In this document: positions 26,602 through 34,732 of the stretch, piece by piece
Layout: each line of letters starts with the position of its first letter
Position numbering within the stretch: the first letter of the stretch is position 1
Source of the DNA: Desulfobacteraceae bacterium
Lineage (GTDB): Bacteria; Desulfobacterota; Desulfobacteria; Desulfobacterales; JAJDOA01
NCBI GenBank assembly: GCA_022340405.1
Contig: JAJDOA010000273.1
Span: 1 to 42,226, forward strand
Direction of reading: 5' to 3'
DNA length: 42,226 nucleotides
Program-made: the position numbers and the translations under genes
Notes under the pieces: model-generated
Told to the model about the DNA's origin: nothing
The model's input: only the letters and a program-made list of their open reading frames with translations
Database searches by the model: none

Positions 26602-27105
26602 ATGACCCAGGACAAGGCATTGGAAATACTCAAGCAGGCCATTCTGCTGGAACGGCGCGGCAAATCGTTTTACGCCGAGACCGCAAAGGCGGCGGAAAAC
26701 CAAGCCGTCCGCGAATTCTTCCTGAACATGGCCTCTGAAGAAGAGCGCCATATCGCGATTCTCTCCGAGCAGTTCAAGTCGTACACGGCCACCGGCCGTT
26801 TCCGCGCCGGCGGCGATGCGGACACGAATCCCGAGTCGGTGGCCAAAACCGTGCTTCCCTCCGAGCTGCAAAAGCGAATATCGGCTGCAGGAGTGGAGGC
26901 GGCCGCCGTATCGGCAGCCATGGCCATGGAAGAGCGGGCAGTACGGCTGTATGCCGCACGGTCTGAAGAAGCCTCGGACGAAGCGGAGAAAGCCCTGTAC
27001 CAATGGCTTGCCAGGTGGGAAACCCAGCATCTGGAGACGCTGGCCGAACTGGATCGGGCCCTGACTGAAACCATTTGGAACGACAACAGCTTCTGGCCAT
27101 TTTAG
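26602..27105 (+). CDS. Ferritin-like / rubrerythrin-family diiron-domain protein
   Basis: Four-helix pattern with paired E...ExxH motifs (LERRGKSFY...ASEEERH and AMEERA...WETQH). A good RBS, ACAGGAGAAA, precedes the start. Confidence 0.7.
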   Translation: MTQDKALEILKQAILLERRGKSFYAETAKAAENQAVREFFLNMASEEERHIAILSEQFKSYTATGRFRAGGDADTNPESVAKTVLPSELQKRISAAGVEAAAVSAAMAMEERAVRLYAARSEEASDEAEKALYQWLARWETQHLETLAELDRALTETIWNDNSFWPF

Positions 27106-27150
27106 GGCCGGTCAATAGCCGGTGATCCAGAACGGAAAGGACGCTGAGAG

Positions 27151-27933
27151 ATGCCGCGCAAGGCACGCCCTCTGGTCGATGTGCTCCAGTTCCTTCTGCT
27201 GGCCGGGGTGATCGCCTGGGTTCTGGCCGAAGGCTTCGGCAACATCCACTACAATTGGCAGTGGTACCGGATTCCCGAAACCCTGTTCCGTTTTCAGAAC
27301 GGGCGGTTCGTCCCCGGCCCCCTTCTGAACGGGCTGTGGGTAACGGTTCAGATCAGCACTGCCAGTTTTATTCTGGCGTTTGCATTCGGATTGATCACAG
27401 CGCTGCTTCGCCTGTCAGGAGCGGTCACCGCACAATGGGTCGCACGCGGATATCTGGAAATCGTCCGTAACACACCGCTGCTGGTGCAGTTGTTTTTCAT
27501 CTACTTCGTGCTGTCGCCGATCCTGGGCATCGAGCGCTACACCGCGGCGATTCTGGCGCTGAGCCTTTTCGAGGGCGCCTATGCCTCGGAGATCTTCCGG
27601 GCCGGTATCCAATCCATAGCGCGCGATCAGTGGGAGGCGGCGGACAGCCTTGGCCTGACGCGGTACCAGGCATACCGTTTCGTCATTCTTCCGCAGGCCA
27701 TTCATAAAATTCTGCCCCCGCTCACCGGTCAGGGAATATCCCTGATCAAGGACTCGGCGCTGGTGAGCACCATTGCCATCTACGACCTGACCATGCAGGG
27801 TCAGGCCATTATCGCGGAAACCTTTCTGACTTTCGAAATATGGTTCACCGTGGCGGCGATGTACCTGGCCCTGACCCTTTCCCTCTCCGTCATGGTCCAG
27901 CGCATGGAGTCCCGCTTCGAAGCCGTCGCCTGA
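27151..27933 (+). CDS. Polar amino-acid ABC transporter permease (His/Glu/Gln/Arg/opine family)
   Basis: EIVRNTPLLVQLFFIYF and the EAA loop EAADSLGLTRYQAYRFVILPQA. Confidence 0.85.
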   Translation: MPRKARPLVDVLQFLLLAGVIAWVLAEGFGNIHYNWQWYRIPETLFRFQNGRFVPGPLLNGLWVTVQISTASFILAFAFGLITALLRLSGAVTAQWVARGYLEIVRNTPLLVQLFFIYFVLSPILGIERYTAAILALSLFEGAYASEIFRAGIQSIARDQWEAADSLGLTRYQAYRFVILPQAIHKILPPLTGQGISLIKDSALVSTIAIYDLTMQGQAIIAETFLTFEIWFTVAAMYLALTLSLSVMVQRMESRFEAVA

Positions 27934-27990
27934 AGCCGTATACGGTCACCGTGCATACCAACCGATGTAGCGAAGAAAGGAGAAACGTTC

Positions 27991-28824
27991 ATGACGACCC
28001 GAAAGAAAGTGCTCGCCGTTCTGACCATTTGCACCTTGTTGCTGACCGTCGCGGCAACCCCATGGGCAGCCTCGATCCAGCAGCAGCTCACCGAGGAAAG
28101 CACCCTGGAACAGGTGCTTCGTAGGGGGACCCTGCGGGTGGGAATGTCCACCTTCGTACCGTGGGCCATGAAGGACAAAACCGGCAAACTCATCGGCTTT
28201 GAAATCGACGTCGCCAGACGCCTCGCCGAGGACATGGGCGTGGAAGTGGAGTTCGTGCCCACCAAGTGGGCGGGTATCATTCCGGCCCTGCTGACCGGCA
28301 AGTTCGACGTGATCATCGGCGGCATGGGCATTCTGCCCCAGCGAAACCTCAAGGTCAATTTCACCATTCCCTACGATCATACCGGGATGTCCATGGTAGC
28401 CAACAGGAAATTGGCCGCGGGCTTCGACAGCCTCGATGATTTCAACCGACCCGATGTGGTGCTGGCGGCCCGCTTGGGAGGCACGCCCGTGGAGGCCGCC
28501 AAGAAGTACATGCCGAAGGCGGAACTGCGCCTGTTCGACGACGAAGCACAGACGTACCAGGAACTGCTCAACGGAAGGGTCCACGCCGTGGTGGCGTCCG
28601 CGCCCACCCCGGCTTTTCAGGCCGCCAAATATCCGGACCAGCTCTTCCTTCCGCTGGAGGATACGTTCACCCAAGAGCCCATCGGGTTTGCCGTCCGCAA
28701 GGGCGATTTCGATACGCTCAACTTCTTCAACAATTGGATACGGGTGGTTCAGGACGAGGGGTGGCTGAAGGAGCGAAAGCAGTACTGGTTTCTGGGCACC
28801 GAGTGGGAAAGCCGTATCAAATAG
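27991..28824 (+). CDS. Periplasmic amino-acid-binding protein (SBP family 3)
   Basis: A signal peptide is followed by LRVGMSTFVPWAM...GFEIDVARRLAE...KWAGIIPALLTGKFDVIIGGM...PIGFAVRKGD. The RBS is AAGGAG. Confidence 0.85.
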   Translation: MTTRKKVLAVLTICTLLLTVAATPWAASIQQQLTEESTLEQVLRRGTLRVGMSTFVPWAMKDKTGKLIGFEIDVARRLAEDMGVEVEFVPTKWAGIIPALLTGKFDVIIGGMGILPQRNLKVNFTIPYDHTGMSMVANRKLAAGFDSLDDFNRPDVVLAARLGGTPVEAAKKYMPKAELRLFDDEAQTYQELLNGRVHAVVASAPTPAFQAAKYPDQLFLPLEDTFTQEPIGFAVRKGDFDTLNFFNNWIRVVQDEGWLKERKQYWFLGTEWESRIK

Positions 28825-28839
28825 GAGCTCCATTCCCTG

Positions 28840-29727
28840 TTGCCGAAAAGAACAGCCATAAAGCCGCTGGATATCGTAGTGCTGTCGGTGCTTGGAGCGG
28901 CCTGCGCCTACCTGTTTTACCGCGTCCGGATCGGGCTCCAGTACCGCTGGGAATGGGAGGCGATCCCGCAGTACCTGTTTCGGTACGATCCGGTTCGGGG
29001 TGCATGGGTGTCCAATGTATTGGTGGAGGGACTGCTCACAACGATTCGCCTGAGCATCTGGAGCATCCTCCTGGCCACCGTGATGGGCACCGTCACCGGT
29101 CTGCTGCGCATCAGCCCCCGATTGCTGCACCGGCTGGTGGGCCGATCCTATGTGGAAAGCGTCCGCAATCTTCCTCCGCTGGTGCTGGTGTTCATCTTCT
29201 ATTATTTCATCAGCGATCAAATCATGCCGGTGCTGGGCATTGCGGAGTGGGCGCGCAGCGCCAGTGCGCCCCTGCAGCAGGTCGTGGGGATTTTCTTCGC
29301 CCCGCCGGCCCGGCTGAACGCCTTCATCGCAGCGTTGGCCGCCCTTGCGGTGTTTGAAGGGGCTTACATCGCCGAGATCGTGCGCGCCGGCATCCAGTCC
29401 GTGGAAAAGGGACAGTGGGAAGCCGCTCGTGCCCTGGGGCTTTCCCGGTGGCACCAGATGCGCCGGGTGATCGGTCCCCAGGCCGTGCGCAGCATTCTGC
29501 CCCCGCTGGCCGGCCAGTTCGTTTCCACCATCAAGGATTCCTCCATTGTCGCGGTCATTTCCATTCAGGAATTGACGTTTCAGGCCATGGAGCTGATGTC
29601 GGCCACCTATCTGACGTTTGAGATCTGGGTCACGGTAACGTTTCTCTATCTTTTGCTGACCTTCCCGTGCGCCCTTGCCGTGGGCCGCTTGGAATCGCGG
29701 TTCCGTAGGTATGAAACCGCAACGTGA
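28840..29727 (+). CDS. Second polar amino-acid ABC transporter permease
   Basis: SVRNLPPLVLVFIFYYF and the EAA loop EAARALGLSRWHQMRRVIGPQA. It uses a TTG start 12 nt after AGGAG. Confidence 0.8.
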   Translation: MPKRTAIKPLDIVVLSVLGAACAYLFYRVRIGLQYRWEWEAIPQYLFRYDPVRGAWVSNVLVEGLLTTIRLSIWSILLATVMGTVTGLLRISPRLLHRLVGRSYVESVRNLPPLVLVFIFYYFISDQIMPVLGIAEWARSASAPLQQVVGIFFAPPARLNAFIAALAALAVFEGAYIAEIVRAGIQSVEKGQWEAARALGLSRWHQMRRVIGPQAVRSILPPLAGQFVSTIKDSSIVAVISIQELTFQAMELMSATYLTFEIWVTVTFLYLLLTFPCALAVGRLESRFRRYETAT

Positions 29728-30002
29728 TCGACCGCGGCTTCTTTTCCGCTCCGAATGAACGGCCCCGACCCCCCGGTATCCGCGATGTGTGATTCGCCCT
29801 AGCAAGCGACGGAGAGTGCACCTTGTCCGCCGCCTGCGGATTGAAAGCGGTCAACGGGTGTGGTAGACACGGCATACACCGCAACCAATGGACTTCTCCG
29901 TCCCAGCGGCGGACAATAAAACCGCATACGCCACCGGCGGATGCAACAGGGAACCACGGCGAAGGCAGCCGGGCACCGGTTCCGATCCTGGAGTTCTTCC
30001 AT

Positions 30003-31124
30003 ATGAAAAGTATCTATGCGGAGCGGACGGACCGCACAACAGAAAAACTGCCCCAACACGACATTGACACACTGATGGTCGTCGTAGGGGAAAACCGACG
30101 TTATCTCAGCGGGTTCACGGGGGAGGACACCCAGTTCGACGAAACCGCAGGGGCCCTGTTCATCACACGCGATCGCCGCATCCTGGCCACGGATACCCGT
30201 TATGCCCTTCAGGCCGAGACGGAGGCGCCGGAGTACGAGATCCGCTGCTACCGAGACAGCCTGAGCCGTGAAACGCCGGAAATCCTTCGGGATCTGGGAA
30301 CGCAACGCCTGGGATACGAAAGCGTCCGCCTGTCGTGTTGGATGCTCGATCGGCTCCAAAAAGCGTTGGCCGAGGCAGCTTGGGAGACGGAGCTGCGCGG
30401 GGTCGAGGACCTGGTGGAGTCCCAGCGGGCCGTTAAAACGGAGGAGGAAATCCGCAGCACACGCCAAGCCCTCGATATCGCCGAACAGGCTTTCTGCGAG
30501 ACGGCCGCGGGCCTGCGGGAGGGCATGACGGAACGCCAACTGGCCTGGGAGATGGAGCGCCGGATGCGGGAAAAAGGCGCGGATTCCCTTTCCTTTCCCG
30601 TCATCGTCGCCGCCGGGGCCAATAGCGCGCTGCCCCATGCCGTACCGGGAGATCGCCCCGTGCGCAGAGGCGAACCGATTCTTTTCGACTGGGGCGCCCG
30701 GTGGGGCGGTTACTGTTCGGACACGTCGAGAACCCTCGTTTTGGGAGAACCCGACGACACCTTCGTATCCGTTTTCCAAACCGTCCGGAAAGCCCAGCGC
30801 GAGGCGATCGCCGCCATTCGTCCCGGAGCGAGCACCAGGGCCGTGGACGCCGTGGCCCGGGACTGCATCGGCGATGCCGGCTTTGCCGGGAAATTCGGCC
30901 ACGGCCTCGGTCACGGAACCGGCCTGGCCATCCACGAAGCCCCCCGACTGAGCCCTCTTCGGGAAACGACATTGGCGGCCGGAATGGTGGTTACCGTGGA
31001 GCCCGGCGTTTATCTACCCGATTGGGGCGGTATCCGGCTCGAAAACCAGGTGGTCGTGAGACCCGACGGCGCCGAGATTCTCACCCGACTGCCGGTGGAC
31101 TGGAACCCCGGGGCTTTCCGATGA
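30003..31124 (+). CDS. pepP: Xaa-Pro aminopeptidase / M24B family metallopeptidase
   Basis: Creatinase-like N-terminal domain, then PSFPVIVAAGANSALPHA, DWGARWGGYCSDTSRT, HGLGHGTGLAIHE, VEPGVY and IRLEN metal-ligand blocks. ATG 30003 was chosen inside ORF 29823..31124. Confidence 0.85.
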   Translation: MKSIYAERTDRTTEKLPQHDIDTLMVVVGENRRYLSGFTGEDTQFDETAGALFITRDRRILATDTRYALQAETEAPEYEIRCYRDSLSRETPEILRDLGTQRLGYESVRLSCWMLDRLQKALAEAAWETELRGVEDLVESQRAVKTEEEIRSTRQALDIAEQAFCETAAGLREGMTERQLAWEMERRMREKGADSLSFPVIVAAGANSALPHAVPGDRPVRRGEPILFDWGARWGGYCSDTSRTLVLGEPDDTFVSVFQTVRKAQREAIAAIRPGASTRAVDAVARDCIGDAGFAGKFGHGLGHGTGLAIHEAPRLSPLRETTLAAGMVVTVEPGVYLPDWGGIRLENQVVVRPDGAEILTRLPVDWNPGAFR

Positions 31125-32062
31125 CGGAAGGCAAGCCCGATACACCCGCAGTGCCGGCGCCGGGGGAGACCGGGATCCATCCGCTGCTGGATCGCTACCT
31201 CGACTACCTGCTGGTGGAAAAAGGTCTTTCCCGCCGGACCCTGGAAGCCTACAGCCGAGACCTGTCCCGCTTTGCCACTTTCCTGCTCGATCAAGCGGTC
31301 GACCGCCCCACAGAGCAGGACACCGCGATTCTTCTCGCTTATTTGATCCATCTTCGAAAATCCGGACTCTCCGGACGGTCCCGGGCCCGGCATCTGGTGT
31401 CCATCCGCGGTTTCTACCGGTTTCTGTGCAGGGAGGGCCTTCTGAATTCCGACCCCTCGTTGCGCGTGGATCTGCCCAAGACCACACAGAAGCTGCCGGA
31501 GGTGTTGAGTGTCCGTGAAGTGGAACGGCTGCTGCGCGCACCTGCCGAGGACACCCCAACGGGGCTTCGGGATGGCGCCATGATCGAGATGATGTATGCT
31601 GCGGGATTGCGTGTCAGCGAGCTGGTGGGCATGAAGCGCCACGATGTCAATCTCGAGGCCGGATTCGTGCGCGTGCTGGGAAAAGGCGCCAAAGAGCGCA
31701 TCGTACCCATCGGACGCTACGCCCGCGACAGGATTGCATCCTACATCGAAAACGCACGGCCCGTTTTGCTGAAAAGCCGAACGAGCCCCTACCTCTTTGT
31801 CGGGCGCGGAGCAAAGGCCATGAGCCGTCAGGGATTTTGGAAGCTGCTGCGCAGATACGGCCTGAAAGCAGGACTCAGAAGGCCCGTTTCTCCGCACGCT
31901 CTCCGGCATTCCTTTGCCAGCCACCTGCTGGAGGGGGGGGCGGATCTGAGGGCGGTTCAGGCCATGTTGGGACACGCGGACATTTCCACGACACAGATCT
32001 ACACGCATGTGGCGCGGGAGCGCCTGCAACTTGTGCACAAAAAGTACCATCCCAGGGGGTGA
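31121..32062 (+). CDS. xerD: Site-specific tyrosine recombinase XerD
   Basis: LDRYLDYLLVEKGLSRRTLEAYSRDL at the N-terminus, ARDRIMIEMMYAAGLRVSEL-like box I, and HALRHSFASHLLEGGADLRAVQAMLGHADISTTQIYTHV with the catalytic Tyr. The ATG overlaps the pepP stop (ATGA). Confidence 0.85.
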   Translation: MTEGKPDTPAVPAPGETGIHPLLDRYLDYLLVEKGLSRRTLEAYSRDLSRFATFLLDQAVDRPTEQDTAILLAYLIHLRKSGLSGRSRARHLVSIRGFYRFLCREGLLNSDPSLRVDLPKTTQKLPEVLSVREVERLLRAPAEDTPTGLRDGAMIEMMYAAGLRVSELVGMKRHDVNLEAGFVRVLGKGAKERIVPIGRYARDRIASYIENARPVLLKSRTSPYLFVGRGAKAMSRQGFWKLLRRYGLKAGLRRPVSPHALRHSFASHLLEGGADLRAVQAMLGHADISTTQIYTHVARERLQLVHKKYHPRG

Positions 32063-32083
32063 CCTCGTTATGGCTTCGCGTGC

Positions 32084-32112
32084 TTGACAGCCAGCGGCGC
32101 TTCAGGTAGAAA
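32084..32112 (+). promoter_or_regulatory. Putative sigma70-type promoter for the pfaD-etfBA operon (TTGACA-17 nt-TAGAAA)
   Basis: TTGACAgccagcggcgcttcaggTAGAAA, 89 nt upstream of the pfaD ATG, directly after the xerD stop. Confidence 0.35.
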
Positions 32113-32200
32113 TACGGTTTTTTTGCAGGCTCGCATCGACGGAAAGAGGCAATGGAGGGCGGCCTCTTCAAAGAGACATCACGGGCAAGAGTGATATTCC

Positions 32201-33850
32201 ATGGAATCGAAAACCAACCCCGCCGGCTGGTGGATTCCGCCGGCCGACGTCGCGCCGGACCGGGCCAACCGGGTCGATTCCATGCGTCACGTGCTCTACC
32301 GTGTCGGCAAACCGCTGTTCGTAGCGGTGTCGGAAGGGGAAACGGTCGTTGCCTGCGACGGCACGGCCCTGATGGGTCGCGGAGATCGCCCTTCCGAAAG
32401 CGCCCTGCCCCTGAAAGCCTGGATTCCCCCGCTGGATCCGGCGGACCTGGGAGACCCTGTCTTTCGGCGCCGCTATGGCCTGCGATTTCCTTATGTCGCA
32501 GGCGCCATGGCCAACGGCATCACGTCCGTGGAGATGGTTCGGTCCATGGGAGAAGCCGGGATGATCGGTTTTTTCGGGGCCGCCGGACTTTCACTGGATC
32601 GGATCGAATCAGCCATCGACGACCTGAAGGCAAAGCTTGGGGATCGGCCTTACGGATGCAACCTGATCCACAGTCCCTACGATCCGGCGCTGGAGGAGGC
32701 GACGGTGGACCTGTACCTGCGGCGCGGCATCCGGAGGGTGAGCGCTTCGGCGTACCTGGACCTCACACCTTCGCTGGTGCGGTACCGGCTTTCAGGAATC
32801 CATCGCGATCCGAAGGGACGAGTGGTATGCCCCAATCAGGTGCTGGCGAAGGTGTCCCGTGTCGAGGTCGCCCGGAAATTCCTGTCCCCGGCGCCGGCCA
32901 AATGGATTGCCCATCTCTTGGATCGGGGCCTCCTTGCGGCCGAGCAGGCGGCCCTGGCCGAGGGGGTTCCCATGGCCGACGACATGACGGCGGAGGCGGA
33001 TTCGGGTGGGCACACCGATAACCGTCCCGCTCTGGCACTGCTGCCTGTCATGACCCGTTTGCGGGACGAAATGACGGACCGGTATCAATACGGCGAACCC
33101 GTCTGCGTAGGCCTTGCCGGAGGGATTGCGACGCCGGAGTCCACGGCGGCCGCCTTTGCCATGGGGGCCGCTTATGTACTCACCGGTTCCATTAACCAAT
33201 CATGCGTGGAAGCCGGAACCTCAGATGCGGTGCGACGGATGCTCGCCGAGGCGGAACAGGCCGATGTGGTCATGGCACCGGCGGCCGACATGTTCGAAAT
33301 GGGCGTAAAGGTCCAGGTGCTCAAACGCGGCACCCTGTTCGCCGTGCGAGCCGCCAAGCTCTACGATCTGTACCGCCGGTACGATAGCTGGGAGGCCGTC
33401 CCTGCATCCGAACGCGTTCGTCTGGAACGGGACTGCTTCCGTAAATCCTATGCGGAAGAGTGGGCGGATACCCGCCGGTTCTTTCTTCACCGGGATCCGA
33501 AACAGATCGACCGGGCCGAGCGGGATCCCCGCCACCAAATGGCCCTCGTGTTTCGTAGCTATCTGGGACAGTCTTCGAATTGGGCGGTGTCCGGCGATCC
33601 TCAGCGGAAAGTCGACTATCAGATCTGGTGCGGTCCGGCCATGGGCACGTTCAACGAATGGGTTCGGGGCTCCCTTTTGGAGCCTCCGGAAAACAGAACC
33701 GTGACGACGGTTGCCATGAACCTGCTGTGGGGCGCTGCCGTAATTACCCGCATCAACTGGCTGCGCCTCCAGCGAGTTGACCTTCCGCCGGAGGTTTGCC
33801 ACGTGCCGCCCCTTTCCACGGAGCAGATCCGCCACTATCTGGAGGAATGA
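32201..33850 (+). CDS. pfaD: PfaD-family enoyl reductase (FMN-dependent, 2-nitropropane-dioxygenase-like; PUFA/polyketide synthase ER subunit)
   Basis: FRRRYGLRFPYVAGAMANGITSVEMV, GMIGFFGAAGL, GCNLIHSP, TAEADSGGHTDNRPA, GLAGGIATPES and YQIWCGPAMGTFNEW match the PfaD family along the full 549 aa. Confidence 0.9.
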   Translation: MESKTNPAGWWIPPADVAPDRANRVDSMRHVLYRVGKPLFVAVSEGETVVACDGTALMGRGDRPSESALPLKAWIPPLDPADLGDPVFRRRYGLRFPYVAGAMANGITSVEMVRSMGEAGMIGFFGAAGLSLDRIESAIDDLKAKLGDRPYGCNLIHSPYDPALEEATVDLYLRRGIRRVSASAYLDLTPSLVRYRLSGIHRDPKGRVVCPNQVLAKVSRVEVARKFLSPAPAKWIAHLLDRGLLAAEQAALAEGVPMADDMTAEADSGGHTDNRPALALLPVMTRLRDEMTDRYQYGEPVCVGLAGGIATPESTAAAFAMGAAYVLTGSINQSCVEAGTSDAVRRMLAEAEQADVVMAPAADMFEMGVKVQVLKRGTLFAVRAAKLYDLYRRYDSWEAVPASERVRLERDCFRKSYAEEWADTRRFFLHRDPKQIDRAERDPRHQMALVFRSYLGQSSNWAVSGDPQRKVDYQIWCGPAMGTFNEWVRGSLLEPPENRTVTTVAMNLLWGAAVITRINWLRLQRVDLPPEVCHVPPLSTEQIRHYLEE

Positions 33851-33853
33851 TTC

Positions 33854-34723
33854 ATGCCCTTGAAGATCATTGTCACCGTCAAACAGGTGCCGGACACCCA
33901 CAACGTTTCCGGCGATGCCATGAAACCGGACGGCACCGTGAACCGCGCCGCCCTGCCGGCCATCTTCAACCCCGAAGACCTCAATGCCCTGGAGGAGGCG
34001 CTGCGCATCAAGGACACCCTCGGCGGCACCGTGACGGCCGTCACCATGGGGCCTCCCGGTGCTTCGGAGGTGTTGAGGGAATGTCTCTATCGCGGCGCGG
34101 ACGATGTCGTGCTTCTCTCCGATCGGCGTTTTGCGGGAGCCGACACCCTTGCCACCAGCTATACGCTTGCCTGTGCCATTCGAAAATTGGGGGATTTCGA
34201 CCTGATTCTTTGCGGGCGTCAGGCCATCGACGGCGATACCGCACAGGTGGGGCCCCAAATCGCCGAGAAACTCGGAATCAACCAGTTCACCTCGGTTTCG
34301 GAAGTCATCGATGTCTCAACCGACCACATCACCGTGCGCCGAACGATAGAGTCCGGTTTCGAGATTCTACGCTCCGGGTTGCCGGTGCTGCTCACCATCA
34401 CTTCGGACGCGAACGAGCCCCGGCCGCCCAGTGCCAAACGGGCCATGGCCTACAAGCGGATCGGGCGGCAGGCCTGCCAGGGCGATTTCGACGAGGCGTA
34501 CATCCAGCCGGGCGTCTGCGGCCCCTTGGATTTCATCCGTGAATGGAACGCCGATTCCATCGGGGCGGATCCGCAGCGATGTGGTTTGAGCGGTTCGCCC
34601 ACCAAGGTGAAAAAGGTCCAAAACGTCGTGCTCACGGCCTCCGACTCCCGGAAGGTTCCCAACACCGATGCGGATATCGCCAAACTGATACATGATCTCA
34701 TTGAAGAAAACATTCTCGGTTAG
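33854..34723 (+). CDS. etfB: Electron transfer flavoprotein beta subunit, clostridial/FixA-like type
   Basis: IIVTVKQVPDT, FNPEDLNALEEAL, MGPP and GRQAIDGDTAQVGPQIAE, where mitochondrial-type EtfB has DDDxNQTGQ, plus GLSGSPTKVKKV. The RBS GGAGGAA precedes the start, which lies 3 nt after the pfaD stop. Confidence 0.9.
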   Translation: MPLKIIVTVKQVPDTHNVSGDAMKPDGTVNRAALPAIFNPEDLNALEEALRIKDTLGGTVTAVTMGPPGASEVLRECLYRGADDVVLLSDRRFAGADTLATSYTLACAIRKLGDFDLILCGRQAIDGDTAQVGPQIAEKLGINQFTSVSEVIDVSTDHITVRRTIESGFEILRSGLPVLLTITSDANEPRPPSAKRAMAYKRIGRQACQGDFDEAYIQPGVCGPLDFIREWNADSIGADPQRCGLSGSPTKVKKVQNVVLTASDSRKVPNTDADIAKLIHDLIEENILG

Positions 34724-34732
34724 GAGAGCGTT

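Noticed and set aside
27946-29805. 619-aa minus-strand ORF opposite the ABC transporter SBP and permease genes. The same applies to 35462..37351(-), 18202..20034(+), 10002..11405(+), 33221..34258(-), 31010..32050(-), 29799..30935(-), 24998..25867(-), 16334..17575(+), 15492..16499(+), 3864..5015(+), 2850..3755(+), 3502..4341(-) and 22249..22851(+).
   Set aside because: All are antisense to, or out of frame with, genes carrying strong family motifs. They are Arg/Gly/Pro-rich with no motifs and lack plausible RBS/start contexts.
31121-32062. A tyrosine recombinase directly upstream of the pfaD locus. I considered it as the integrase of a mobile island carrying the pfa-like genes.
   Set aside because: The sequence has XerD-specific N- and C-terminal signatures and is translationally coupled to pepP (ATGA). 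No att-like repeats or compositional break are visible at 32.06 kb. It is most simply the chromosomal dimer-resolution recombinase.
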